A DNA stretch of 64,000 nucleotides, from the IMG/VR virus record IMGVR_UViG_3300043778_000063, positions 1 to 64,000 of that record; one strand, written 5' to 3'. Position numbers and translations under genes: made by a program. Positions within the stretch are counted from its first letter, which is position 1. Each line of letters starts with the position of its first letter. Under the pieces are notes generated by a model. That model did no database searches, was not told where the DNA came from, and was given only the letters and a program-made list of their open reading frames with translations. Of the stretch, positions 8,508-17,367 are shown piece by piece. The stretch comes from a virus.

Positions 8508-8833
8508 TTGGATTCCTCGGCAGCGAAAGACTTTGGGCAGCCGGCATTTTCGCGATGATGGTGCGGCCTCCAATTCGTAGGCACTCGGCGCCGGCCTGGT
8601 CTCCACCAATAATCATGCTCAAATCGGTAGACCGCCCATTGCTCTTCGGTCATGTCCCGCTTGACGTGGTTGCACGTGGCGCATGCCCAGACGAGGATGC
8701 GGCCGCCCTTGGATCTCGGCTCGACGTGATCCCTGGTTGGATAGAGCAGCGGCACATCGGTGCTCATCGGCCGCGCGCAATAGGTGCAGAGCTTGCCGTT
8801 CTGCCGGCGGGACCTGACAAACGGCTTCGTCAT
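8504..8833 (-). CDS. HNH endonuclease
   Basis: CTYC...TRDHVEPRSKGG...ACATCNHVK. Confidence 0.85.
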   Translation of the reverse strand: MTKPFVRSRRQNGKLCTYCARPMSTDVPLLYPTRDHVEPRSKGGRILVWACATCNHVKRDMTEEQWAVYRFEHDYWWRPGRRRVPTNWRPHHHRENAGCPKSFAAEESK

Positions 8834-9084
8834 CAGATCCCCGCCGCGATCTCGGTTGCTTGGCGCTTCAGGCGGTCCCAGATGCGACAGGCGCGCGCGA
8901 AGTCAGTCTCATGGTGGAAGCGGCGGTAGGCCTTCTTGACGCGCCCGTAGACCCGCCTGCGGGCCTTGGGCAGCATGATCCAATGATCGCGGCACAGCCA
9001 TTCGCTGGCGTAGATGCCATCTCGGCCCGGGTTCCTGCGGGTATGCCGGCAGAAAGGGATGCAGCAGCCGATTCGGTCGCTCAC
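8833..9084 (-). CDS. Hypothetical Cys/His-rich protein
   Basis: CCIPFC...LCRDHW; coupled overlaps. Confidence 0.65.
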   Translation of the reverse strand: MSDRIGCCIPFCRHTRRNPGRDGIYASEWLCRDHWIMLPKARRRVYGRVKKAYRRFHHETDFARACRIWDRLKRQATEIAAGI

Positions 9085-9299
9085 GGAGCGATGCCCTCAG
9101 CGCAAAAGGCCGCAATGACCTTCGGGACTGGACCCATCATTTCCCTTTCCCAAGCAATTCCTGTGCGAAGTTCTTCTCCGATACGAGCGGAAGCCTCAGC
9201 GAGACAAGCCGCCCGATCTTGCTTTTGCTCAAAATCTAACCCGTGGAAATAAGGGCTGACAGGCGAATAGATCAGGATCAAGACGTAGGCGATATTCAT
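9081..9299 (-). CDS. Hypothetical protein
   Basis: Coupled ATGA/GTGA overlaps. Confidence 0.55.
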   Translation of the reverse strand: MNIAYVLILIYSPVSPYFHGLDFEQKQDRAACLAEASARIGEELRTGIAWEREMMGPVPKVIAAFCAEGIAP

Positions 9300-9505
9300 C
9301 GGATACCTCCGGGCCCGGCGCGCAGCGGGCGAAAGGCCTTGATCATTCTGTCGAAGGCGGCAGCAGCTTCGGCGGCCGTCGCATAATGCGTGCTATCAAC
9401 AAACCGCTCCTCGGAAAGTCGAATGCGAGCATAGAATGGCTTTTTGCGGTGATCAGTTCGCATGCGGACTCCGCGGTAACCGTGCTTATTTCGCGAACAG
9501 GTCAA
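9296..9505 (-). CDS. Stand-alone AP2-domain DNA-binding protein
   Basis: GYRGV...FYARIR...YATAAEAAAAFD pattern. Confidence 0.65.
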   Translation of the reverse strand: MTCSRNKHGYRGVRMRTDHRKKPFYARIRLSEERFVDSTHYATAAEAAAAFDRMIKAFRPLRAGPGGIR

Positions 9506-10097
9506 TTTGCTTCCTCGCGTTATTCAGATTCGGCAGCGTCTTCGCAAATCGACTTACCGATGATCCGTCAAAACTGGTAACTCCAGCGTGCGCACATAGA
9601 AAGACGCGCCGTTGCGTATTGACGCGGCCGACATGGCATATGGCACCGCACTCCCGAGCCAGCGCGCCCCACATTGCCATGGTCGATTCCTTCCACTCGG
9701 TGGTACCTCCGACGAAGATACCGCAACGCTTGCCCAGTCGATGCATCACATCGCTCGGAACCATTCCGTCCTGAACCGCGATTAGCGCCACCATGCTGCG
9801 CTCCAGTACCCACGGTAGCCACTTTCGCGACAACTCGAGGCTTTGGAGGCCGCCGGCGACGATGTCCGGCACTACGACGAAATGTGCATTGGCTCCGATT
9901 TTGGCGACAGCCTCCATGAAAGGCTCCGCCGGAAACGGCATGCTGGCGATGTGCGCGCTCCATGCGCCGTTATCCAGGGCATACTCAAGACCGTAGTTCT
10001 TCAAGCCCGTGGCGGGCGACAGGAGAACGCGCCAGTCCGCACCGCGCAATGCGGCCAAGCTTCTGCGATTCGTCGTATACGCCGCATACGCAATCAC
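9486..10097 (-). CDS. Conserved phage protein, possibly TGT/DpdA-like fold
   Basis: ALDNGAW, VVPDIV, AVQDG, FVGG, HVGRVNT, FDGS motifs. Confidence 0.6.
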   Translation of the reverse strand: MIAYAAYTTNRRSLAALRGADWRVLLSPATGLKNYGLEYALDNGAWSAHIASMPFPAEPFMEAVAKIGANAHFVVVPDIVAGGLQSLELSRKWLPWVLERSMVALIAVQDGMVPSDVMHRLGKRCGIFVGGTTEWKESTMAMWGALARECGAICHVGRVNTQRRVFLCAHAGVTSFDGSSVSRFAKTLPNLNNARKQIDLFAK

Positions 10098-10351
10098 CTG
10101 ATACCTCCCGGTCCCGCCTTGAGCGGGAACCGCTCAACCGACGGGTAAAATCCGTATTCGCACTTCTCGCCGGCATCTGTGGTCAGACGCCCCGAGATTC
10201 CGTTGCGGCAGTCACCGCGGTATCGGCTGCTCTTGCTCGGCCGGAAGTGCTGGCAGTTCGAGCAGAGCTTCGGGATATCGCCGGCGTGCTGCGGAGAAGG
10301 GCGCCGCTGCTTTGGGATTGGGATCTCGGGGCGATCGGCTGGCTTCTTCAT
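10094..10351 (-). CDS. Hypothetical Cys-rich protein
   Basis: CSNCQHF...C...C; ATGA overlap. Confidence 0.6.
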   Translation of the reverse strand: MKKPADRPEIPIPKQRRPSPQHAGDIPKLCSNCQHFRPSKSSRYRGDCRNGISGRLTTDAGEKCEYGFYPSVERFPLKAGPGGIR

Positions 10352-10638
10352 TGGGGGAGCCCAGGCTCGCGATGCGAGGTCTGCCACGGCTCGATTTTGA
10401 GCCATTCCTTTTGTCTATCGAACCGGTAGGCGGAACATGATTGCCGGTCCTCGCTCGCGTGCCGATCGTACGGCGTGCCAGAGCCATGCTCGGTCTTGGG
10501 ATGATGAAAGCTCATTCGAGCATATGCTAATGATCTCCCGAAGTGATTCGCGCAGGATCGCGCGGCTGGGCAACTCCAGTCATCGCAATAGCTTTGGCGC
10601 CTCGGCTTGGTCAGTATGTCGTCGCGCGGACGCTTCAT
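10348..10638 (-). CDS. Hypothetical Cys-containing protein
   Basis: In operon; its stop overlaps the next start. Confidence 0.5.
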   Translation of the reverse strand: MKRPRDDILTKPRRQSYCDDWSCPAARSCANHFGRSLAYARMSFHHPKTEHGSGTPYDRHASEDRQSCSAYRFDRQKEWLKIEPWQTSHREPGLPQ

Positions 10639-10760
10639 ATCGGCACCGCAAAGACGCTCTGGGCCACGCATTGGATCTTGCAGAGGCCCATAAGCTCAAG
10701 TCGATCCAATCGCATCAAACAGCCCGATATCGAACATCGTGATCGTAAAGCACACATGCA

Positions 10761-10949
10761 TCACGCATCATCCTCTCGCACTTCGCCGTTGCGCTCGACG
10801 ACCCGGAAACCTTCGCGCAATTCTTCGATGGCTGTCCCGAGGTAATGACCGGCAACGCCCTTGTTCACCGCATAGGCCTTTCCGTCGATGATGCTGACGA
10901 CCACCGGAGAGCCAGCAGCGATGCGCTCGCCGGTCACGTAGAGTTCCAT
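10761..10949 (-). CDS. Hypothetical protein
   Basis: TGATG coupling with the upstream gene. Confidence 0.55.
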   Translation of the reverse strand: MELYVTGERIAAGSPVVVSIIDGKAYAVNKGVAGHYLGTAIEELREGFRVVERNGEVREDDA

Positions 10950-11167
10950 CAGGACCGTTCCTTCTTGCGGCGCCAATTCTTCTGAGCTTTGGCTTTCTGA
11001 CGTCTCCGCTCGACACAGACCGGGCATTCATGCTTCGGCGCGGTTGAGACCTGAGCCGCCGTCAGCAGCGGAAGCGTACCATCGATATAGGTCAGCCAAT
11101 CGCCGCGGGTCGAACCGAGGGTTCGAAGTCGACTGCCAAGTTGGTGAAGTTCGGAGCGGGTCATCAT
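10949..11167 (-). CDS. Hypothetical protein with CxxC and basic tail
   Basis: ECPVCVERRRQKAKAQKNWRR. Confidence 0.55.
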   Translation of the reverse strand: MMTRSELHQLGSRLRTLGSTRGDWLTYIDGTLPLLTAAQVSTAPKHECPVCVERRRQKAKAQKNWRRKKERS

Positions 11168-11169
11168 GC

Positions 11170-11201
11170 GTAGATACTACATCCCGGCGCGTAGTGTCTA
11201 C
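11170..11201 (-). promoter_or_regulatory. Operator-like inverted repeat overlapping a sigma70-like promoter
   Basis: GTAGATACTAC-N10-GTAGTGTCTAC; on the - strand TAGACA-N18-TATCTA lies just before the ATG. Confidence 0.45.
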
Positions 11202-11203
11202 AG

Positions 11204-11521
11204 CTATCTGACCTGCTTGATCATCCGCTGATACAGCCGGGCCGCCGCCACCGGGTCGTCGATCTGGACCACGTTGCCCTCGTGCTGGATGGTCTTCTGC
11301 TGGTCCGGCATGACCTGCGGGGCCTGGATGCTGGCTATCGCGCCTAGAATCGGGTGGACGAACCTGGCCGCGGCCTTGGCCATGTCGTCGCGGCGCTCCT
11401 TGGAGGCGCGGGGGTCGCGCATGATTCGGAGCATGTATTCCAGTGGGGTGACACCGGATTGAGCAACTACGGCCTCTCGTTTGGTGAGGGGGTTGACCTG
11501 TCTTTTGCTGCGGCGTGCCAT
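11204..11521 (-). CDS. Putative terminase small subunit
   Basis: TPLEYMLRIMRD...RRDDMAKAAARFVHP motif; upstream of TerL. Confidence 0.6.
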   Translation of the reverse strand: MARRSKRQVNPLTKREAVVAQSGVTPLEYMLRIMRDPRASKERRDDMAKAAARFVHPILGAIASIQAPQVMPDQQKTIQHEGNVVQIDDPVAAARLYQRMIKQVR

Positions 11522-11575
11522 TATTTGTACCTGATCGGTAAATGATATCAGATGGTTGTGTTGAAAATCGTCCTG

Positions 11576-12097
11576 TTATCCGAGGTCTGCAAGGTCGAGC
11601 GGCTTCTGCGGTGTAACCGTCCCATCGGCGCCTAAGGTTCTCTCCATGACCCATTCCTGGCGCGCGATCTGCCCCGGATCAAAAGAGGCGACGAAATCCA
11701 GCAGGCGCCGCAGATATGCGCTGCAAGTTTCGTCCTTGCTCTTGCCGCCCAACTCACCGGTCAGCATCAGCATCGATAGGACCGTCTCGCCTTCGGTATT
11801 CACCGTGCCCGCTGCGACAGTCTGGACTGAAACGCCGGCCGCGAGCCGTGCGGAGGCAGATTCGATCGGTTCGATCAGAACTGATTCGCCCTCAGCAGCC
11901 AGGATTGATCCTTCCGGCGGGTGGAAGTGGAAATGGCGGCCTGGCCCGTCAGCCTTGAGGATGGCCTCGATCGCATCGCCGAGCGCGCGCACAAGCGCCC
12001 TCTCGTAATCTGCAGCATGGCTGTCTTTTGGAGCCCGCTCGACCGGATCAAATGCTGCAAAAACAGCATCAGAAAATGCTTTGGCAATCTCACCCAT
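11576..12097 (-). CDS. Hypothetical protein
   Basis: Strong RBS GAGGAGAGG. Confidence 0.7.
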   Translation of the reverse strand: MGEIAKAFSDAVFAAFDPVERAPKDSHAADYERALVRALGDAIEAILKADGPGRHFHFHPPEGSILAAEGESVLIEPIESASARLAAGVSVQTVAAGTVNTEGETVLSMLMLTGELGGKSKDETCSAYLRRLLDFVASFDPGQIARQEWVMERTLGADGTVTPQKPLDLADLG

Positions 12098-12128
12098 TTT
12101 AACCTCTCCTCAATCTTTGCCGCCTAAG

Positions 12129-12260
12129 TTAACCGCACCACCACCAACTTCGAATCATCTGCGCATGCCGGCAAGCCGGTTCAACGTCGATGACGATGCG
12201 CAGCCAGTAGAGCGCAACGACCAACCCGACAAACGCTAAAACCTTGGGAATCCGTCTCAT
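12129..12260 (-). CDS. Small membrane protein
   Basis: MRRIPKVLAFVGLVVALYWLRIVIDV..., 43 aa with one hydrophobic segment. Confidence 0.4.
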   Translation of the reverse strand: MRRIPKVLAFVGLVVALYWLRIVIDVEPACRHAQMIRSWWWCG

Positions 12261-12339
12261 GTTCGCGCAACGCCTTATTCTCGTGATCGCCGCTACTGCC
12301 GCTTGCTCTTGGGCGCTCGGCGTCGCTGTGGTTCAGATC

Positions 12340-12726
12340 CTACTTTAGGGGTGGATTGTCCCCGGATGCAAGCTCGGATCCGCTGGAATCAACGAGGGCG
12401 GTGCGCGCGAGATTTCTCGCCGTATCGTACATTTTGAATGCCTCTTCCGCCTCTGGATCATCGGTCGAAGCTCCGATGATGGCGTTTCCGCATCTCAGCA
12501 GATCCTCCAACGCCTTCACGAGTTCGTCGTGCGCGTTGCAGGCCTTGACGATGAAGTCGGCGTTGGCGCGACGTTCCGGCTCCATCGCCTCAGAAATAAA
12601 GCCGCCGCCGATCTGTCGGATTTGAACGGCACATACATAGTGATCCGAAGGACCTCCGATGATCATGACCTGTTCTGGTCCCGTCCTTCCGTGGGCCCAC
12701 GGTCCCGGCGTTCGCTGTGCCATCAA
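12340..12726 (-). CDS. Hypothetical phage protein (TPGPW family)
   Basis: TPGPW...ANADFIVKACNAHDELV. Confidence 0.75.
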   Translation of the reverse strand: MMAQRTPGPWAHGRTGPEQVMIIGGPSDHYVCAVQIRQIGGGFISEAMEPERRANADFIVKACNAHDELVKALEDLLRCGNAIIGASTDDPEAEEAFKMYDTARNLARTALVDSSGSELASGDNPPLK

Positions 12727-12938
12727 TATATCCTCCGCACGTCAGGATCATCGTCATCAAGCACCGATCTCAGGGCGTGAGCTCTGTCAGTCTGAGAATA
12801 ATCGAACGCCTCAAGCGCGGCGATTTCCTGCCGGAGGCGCCGGTTCTCGGACTTCAGTGAGGAGATCCTGACCAGCAACGCGCCGACGATCCCGTTGCTG
12901 ATCAGACTCGTGATGACCCAGACGTTCATGCCGGCCAC
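12723..12938 (-). CDS. Hypothetical membrane-anchored protein
   Basis: N-terminal hydrophobic segment plus coiled coil. Confidence 0.55.
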   Translation of the reverse strand: MAGMNVWVITSLISNGIVGALLVRISSLKSENRRLRQEIAALEAFDYSQTDRAHALRSVLDDDDPDVRRIY

Positions 12939-13465
12939 CGGGACGGGTCGACCATCAGATCGTAGATGGCGAAAGCGTGAGCCTTGTCGACGATGGTCAC
13001 AGTCGACCAGAACCTTTCGTCATCCTCGACAGGAATCCCGATTCCCATATTTCGAGCGATGGCGATCGCCATCTTTGCGCGATCCGGCCGCAGCGGCGCT
13101 TCCTCTCGCCTAGCGAAAGTCGTGCTGAAACGCAGCGCGGACACGATCTGGGCGACCTCCGAAACCTCCAGCAGGTCGTCGACGTCAAACGCATCCTTGT
13201 CGTCGACGCGCCGCGACACGAACCCGAGACGGACACAGCGTTCCAGCCGGTCGGCCAGCGCCTGCGGTTCGGGATGAGGGCCACCATTGGGCAGCAGCTC
13301 GACGCCGACGAACTGCTTCGTCTCGTAGGTGTTCGACGATTTCGCCATGAACTGCTCCACCTCGGGAGCAGAGACGTCGAACGTCGCGAATTCCTGTACG
13401 GCCGCAGCGCCTGCGACATGAGCCGCTGCATTGCAATTCTGGGTCTGGATGACGATTCGGATCAT
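12926..13465 (-). CDS. Hypothetical protein
   Basis: RBS GAGGAG. Confidence 0.65.
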   Translation of the reverse strand: MIRIVIQTQNCNAAAHVAGAAAVQEFATFDVSAPEVEQFMAKSSNTYETKQFVGVELLPNGGPHPEPQALADRLERCVRLGFVSRRVDDKDAFDVDDLLEVSEVAQIVSALRFSTTFARREEAPLRPDRAKMAIAIARNMGIGIPVEDDERFWSTVTIVDKAHAFAIYDLMVDPSRWPA

Positions 13466-13574
13466 GGCTATCTCCTCGTTGCGGAATCAAGTTTTAGCGA
13501 CAATTATCACCGCTGGCTATGGACAAATACGCAAATCGGTAGATAAATCTTGGTGGAACCCAGGAGATCCACCC

Positions 13575-13982
13575 ATGGCGATGGCCCCGATCAGCGAAAA
13601 CGAACTCCGGAAACTCACCGCTTGCCAACGCAACATGCTGATTGGACACATCGATGGAGAGGTCGACGTCGCCGTCTGCGACCCGCACAAGGTCCAATCC
13701 AGGAACGCGCTCATCGGCCAAGGCTACCTCCGGGGCTCGCCCACCGGAGCTGTGAGGCCCAGGACCACGGTCCTCACCGAGCGCGGCCGGGCCATGCTCG
13801 GCGTGGTTTTGGGCGATTACGCCGATGCGCTGATCCGCGCTGGCATCCTCAAGCAGCAGCATCCGCTTGAGGTTTTGAAGCATCTCAAGCTGTCGCGCGG
13901 CGACGCACGTGATCAATTCCAGCCTGATGTTCCCAAAGCTCAGTTGGCATCGAGAAATTCCAAAATCCCTGATGGCCGTTGA
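13575..13982 (+). CDS. Hypothetical protein, possible winged helix
   Basis: RBS AGGAG; LTACQRNML...LTERGRAML. Confidence 0.6.
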   Translation: MAMAPISENELRKLTACQRNMLIGHIDGEVDVAVCDPHKVQSRNALIGQGYLRGSPTGAVRPRTTVLTERGRAMLGVVLGDYADALIRAGILKQQHPLEVLKHLKLSRGDARDQFQPDVPKAQLASRNSKIPDGR

Positions 13983-14442
13983 TTTTGATCGGTTCATCGA
14001 ATCGTCGAATATCCGACATCGGCCACGCCCAATTGCAATGCTCCAGCCGATCGCTGTCGTTGATCAGGGCTGCCCATTCTGGTTTTAGTTCGCAACTCAG
14101 AGTCGGCTTTCCGATCGTCGCCGTTCCGAGCAGCGCGGAGTGCTCGATTATGCCCATGCACTTGTGCGCTGACATCAGGCGGTCAAGAAGCGGCCGCGCC
14201 AGATCCGGGACCAATCCGGTTGATCCATCCTCGTCATCCAAGCGGGCCAGAAGGTCTCGAACTTCCGCCGGCTTGGTTGGTCGCGCGCCGGCATGAATTC
14301 CGATCGTGTCGCCAACGCGCACACCGACGCCGCGTGTAGCATAGTTCCAACTTCGAAATTCCCACGGCTTCGCGCCGATCATGATCAGGCTTGCCCAGGG
14401 CTGCCATAACGTGATCACTTTGATTTCCTTGAACATGGCCAT
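13885..14442 (-). CDS. ASCH-domain protein
   Basis: ITLWQPWASLI..GAKPWEFRSW...IGIHAG...GHQGFW. Confidence 0.85.
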   Translation of the reverse strand: MAMFKEIKVITLWQPWASLIMIGAKPWEFRSWNYATRGVGVRVGDTIGIHAGARPTKPAEVRDLLARLDDEDGSTGLVPDLARPLLDRLMSAHKCMGIIEHSALLGTATIGKPTLSCELKPEWAALINDSDRLEHCNWAWPMSDIRRFDEPIKINGHQGFWNFSMPTELWEHQAGIDHVRRRATA

Positions 14443-14444
14443 TT

Positions 14445-14807
14445 TCATTCATCCCCTCTGAGTGATGGTCTTTCATGATTCGGCCGCACGAGCTGCCGCT
14501 CGCCGTTGAAATCGACCACGGTCCACCCCATCGACAGCAGCAGCGGGAGCGATACCGTCGGGACGCCATTCGCATCAACCTGCAGCGGTTCGACTCCGGC
14601 CTGTTCGTAATCGCGCCGGATCGCCCGCTTCGTGGTCTCAAGAGTGAACTGCCGCGCGGATTCATGCCGCGCCGCCTCAGCGGCAGCCTCCTGTGCGGCG
14701 GTCGCTGCATTCCGCTCCTTCAGCCGGTCCAGATACGCGCGGCGCTCTGCGGCCTCATGGCGGTCGAAGATGTCCTCCGGTTCCCAGGGCTCGTTGAAGG
14801 ATCTCAT
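14445..14807 (-). CDS. Hypothetical protein
   Basis: ATGA overlap with the methylase stop. Confidence 0.65.
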   Translation of the reverse strand: MRSFNEPWEPEDIFDRHEAAERRAYLDRLKERNAATAAQEAAAEAARHESARQFTLETTKRAIRRDYEQAGVEPLQVDANGVPTVSLPLLLSMGWTVVDFNGERQLVRPNHERPSLRGDE

Positions 14808-15748
14808 TCTGCGGCCCTCGCGAATAGAGGGCTGTCGTCGTCGACGCGGCGGCGGGCCATGGCGGCGTAGGAGGGATTGAGTTCGATGAGGATCGCGTTG
14901 CGGCCCTCGCGCGCGGCGACCATGCCCACTGTGCCGCTACCTCCGAACGGGTCGAGGACGATGCCACCGACCGGGCATCCTGCAAGGATGCATGGCGTAA
15001 TCAGTGCCGGCGGGAATGTCGCAAAGTGTGCCTCGGGATAGGGATCTGTGACTGTGGTCCATACCGTGCGCTTGTTGCGTTTTGTGACAGGCCCAAGGGT
15101 GCTGGCCTGGAAGCTACGGTTGTGTCGGTTACCGCTTCCTGGTCGCGTCGCTTTCGGCGAATTTCCCGTGCCGCGTGAATGGGTATTGGGACTGCAGTCC
15201 TCGGCGATCGCCGCTGCATCGTAAAAATATTGCTCGGACTTGGTAAGCATGAAGAGAAATTCGTGCGTACAGGTTGGTCTGTCCTTGACGTTCTCCGGTA
15301 GCGGGTTGAGCTTGTACCAAACGACATCCCGCCGCAACCACCAACCGGCATCACGCGCAGCGAAGGCGAATCGCCAGGGCATGCCAACCAAGTCCTTTGG
15401 TTTCAGGCCAGTCTTCCGCTTCTCTCGGCCGATGCGCGTCTCGCCGCCATGCAGATATCTCGTGTGTTTGCCCCCGATGGCGCCGCCCCCCTTGCCATCG
15501 TTGGCATAGCAATCACCGAGGTTAACCCAAGCTACGCCATCGTTTCGCAGCACCCGCTTCACCTCGTTGAACACTTCGACCATGACTAGCAGCCAATCCT
15601 CGAAGTTTTCTTCCTGCCCGATCTGACCTTCGACCTCGTAATCTCGGAGCCCCCAATAGGGCGGCGACGTTACGACGCAATTCACGCTCTGGGCCGGCAG
15701 GAGTTTCAACTGCTCGAGCGCGTCGCCGATGATGATCTTGACAGTCAT
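14804..15748 (-). CDS. DNA N4-cytosine/N6-adenine methyltransferase (beta class)
   Basis: VTSPPYW, HFATFP, LDPFGGSGT, IELNPSY. Confidence 0.92.
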   Translation of the reverse strand: MTVKIIIGDALEQLKLLPAQSVNCVVTSPPYWGLRDYEVEGQIGQEENFEDWLLVMVEVFNEVKRVLRNDGVAWVNLGDCYANDGKGGGAIGGKHTRYLHGGETRIGREKRKTGLKPKDLVGMPWRFAFAARDAGWWLRRDVVWYKLNPLPENVKDRPTCTHEFLFMLTKSEQYFYDAAAIAEDCSPNTHSRGTGNSPKATRPGSGNRHNRSFQASTLGPVTKRNKRTVWTTVTDPYPEAHFATFPPALITPCILAGCPVGGIVLDPFGGSGTVGMVAAREGRNAILIELNPSYAAMARRRVDDDSPLFARAAE

Positions 15749-16413
15749 CGCTGCTCCTCGACCGTAGCGGCCAGCAGCGCGACCGCAGAGCGATTCTGAT
15801 ATTCTGCGATCTTCTTTCGCATCGCTGCTTCCTGCTCCGGCGTGAATTCCCGGATCGGTTCGGCGAGCAAGAGTTCGTTGAGTTTGCGTCGCACGGCCAT
15901 GACCCGATAGGTTTCCGTCATCGAGATCGTGCGCAACGTGGATGGGCCTGGCTGCCAAACATAATCGTACTTCTCACCGCACTCGCCGCGGTACCAACGC
16001 CGCATTGCCTCCTGGACGGCCCAACTCGGCACGTCCTCAAGCGCGGCCATGTAGGCCTCCCCTTTGGCGTCGCCGGCCATATCGCCGGCCTCTTTGCTCG
16101 GAAGGGCCATCGTCATCTTCGTCACGGTCGTGAGCGTTGAGACCCCATGCGTAGTGTCTTCCGCCGGCGTCATCTTCAGCACATCGTCCAATGCGGCCAC
16201 ATGCTGCTCAACGAGATGCTTTTGGTTGAGATCCAAAATCAAACCCTTCGGCATAATCGGCACCTCCCGATAGATCCCCTGCTTGTCCGGTTGACTTGCG
16301 CGTTTCAAGGAATCGCAACGCTGCTGCACCCATGGTGGCAACGTGGTGAGCTTCGCGGGCTGTCGCGCGTCCGGCGGACGAATCGGCTCGACTACCGTGA
16401 GTTCCGTTCCCAT
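15745..16413 (-). CDS. Putative helicase loader / lambda P-like replication protein
   Basis: Follows the initiator; AYMAALEDVPSWAV...W.P.P motif. Confidence 0.5.
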   Translation of the reverse strand: MGTELTVVEPIRPPDARQPAKLTTLPPWVQQRCDSLKRASQPDKQGIYREVPIMPKGLILDLNQKHLVEQHVAALDDVLKMTPAEDTTHGVSTLTTVTKMTMALPSKEAGDMAGDAKGEAYMAALEDVPSWAVQEAMRRWYRGECGEKYDYVWQPGPSTLRTISMTETYRVMAVRRKLNELLLAEPIREFTPEQEAAMRKKIAEYQNRSAVALLAATVEEQR

Positions 16414-16969
16414 TCGATATTCCTCCCTGTCGATTCAACTTCGGAGCTTCTCGGCGCATCCAGCCGTAGAATGTCGATCTCCAGTCCGCCTTACGTGCCA
16501 CCGCTCGGTTGGCGTTTCCCCTGGCCCAGAGCCGCATGTCTTCTGCGCATCCATTGACTTGCTGCCGGGTGATCCCGAGCTTTTCGCCGTAGAGATAATC
16601 GGCCTCCAGGACTACCCAATCTTCCGCCAACGATGTCCCGCGTTTTGTCCCACTTTGTCCCGGGACATCAGATTTAGCTCTTCTTTCTTTCTTGTTAGAA
16701 TCCTGAATCTTACTACTATCTAAGGAAGGTATAGCGTTCACTACGTGTCCCGGGACATGTCCCGTCGATTTCTGGGACATTCGGAGACGGTAATCAGCCT
16801 TTCGCAAACGCTCCCTCTCGCGAAAATCAGCATCCGATCCCCTAGATCTAGTAGAGGTTCCCATCGCCGCCTCGACGGTGCGAGCTGTCTCAATGACGAT
16901 GTCCCATGGGACATTCTGGGACATCATCCTTTCGACCAGGTCGCAGATCGGGGTGGGCGTTTCCGTCAT
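16208..16969 (-). CDS. Putative replication initiator (lambda O / DnaT-like C-terminus)
   Basis: RERERLRKADYR, C-terminal KADWRSTFYGWMR; internal iteron repeats. Confidence 0.65.
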   Translation of the reverse strand: MTETPTPICDLVERMMSQNVPWDIVIETARTVEAAMGTSTRSRGSDADFRERERLRKADYRLRMSQKSTGHVPGHVVNAIPSLDSSKIQDSNKKERRAKSDVPGQSGTKRGTSLAEDWVVLEADYLYGEKLGITRQQVNGCAEDMRLWARGNANRAVARKADWRSTFYGWMRREAPKLNRQGGISNGNGTHGSRADSSAGRATAREAHHVATMGAAALRFLETRKSTGQAGDLSGGADYAEGFDFGSQPKASR

Positions 16970-16991
16970 TTGTCCCGCTTGTCCCGGGACA
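16634..16991. repeat. TGTCCC/GGGACA iteron cluster, putative replication origin
   Basis: More than 12 TGTCCC/GGGACA half-sites, including three TGTCCCGGGACA palindromes, around an AT-rich stretch at ~16670-16740. Confidence 0.7.
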
Positions 16992-17169
16992 GATCGACAG
17001 AAAACAGGTGGATCTTGCGGAGGATTTTTGAGGCAATTTCGGAGAGTCTTGTCGGCCTCCAGTCGCCGGCGTCCTCCTCGCAACCACGACGATATCGAAG
17101 CCGGGTATCCCTTGGAATTGGGTAGCCATCGGCATCCAGGCCGTCGTCTTCCCAGTCGTCTTCGGGCAT
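16966..17169 (-). CDS. Hypothetical protein
   Basis: ATGA coupling to the initiator. Confidence 0.45.
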   Translation of the reverse strand: MPEDDWEDDGLDADGYPIPRDTRLRYRRGCEEDAGDWRPTRLSEIASKILRKIHLFSVDLSRDKRDK

Positions 17170-17367
17170 CGGAATCCCTTTGTGAAGGACCGATGAATTT
17201 TGCGGAAATGTGGGACAGGAGGTTGACGGCGGGCGGCGTTCGCCCTACATCTTGTGCCTATCCGATGCTCCCGCGAAGAACCATCGGTTTAGTTTGAACG
17301 GCCCGCCCTTTGCCCCGGCGGGTCGTTGCATTTTGTACGTCCGACTCGGTTCCGAAGTCAATGGCTG

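Noticed and set aside
6816-8609. Intein or N-terminal extension in TerL
   Set aside because: No intein motifs seen; the ORF-track start at 8609 overlaps HNH, and GTG at 8507 is more plausible
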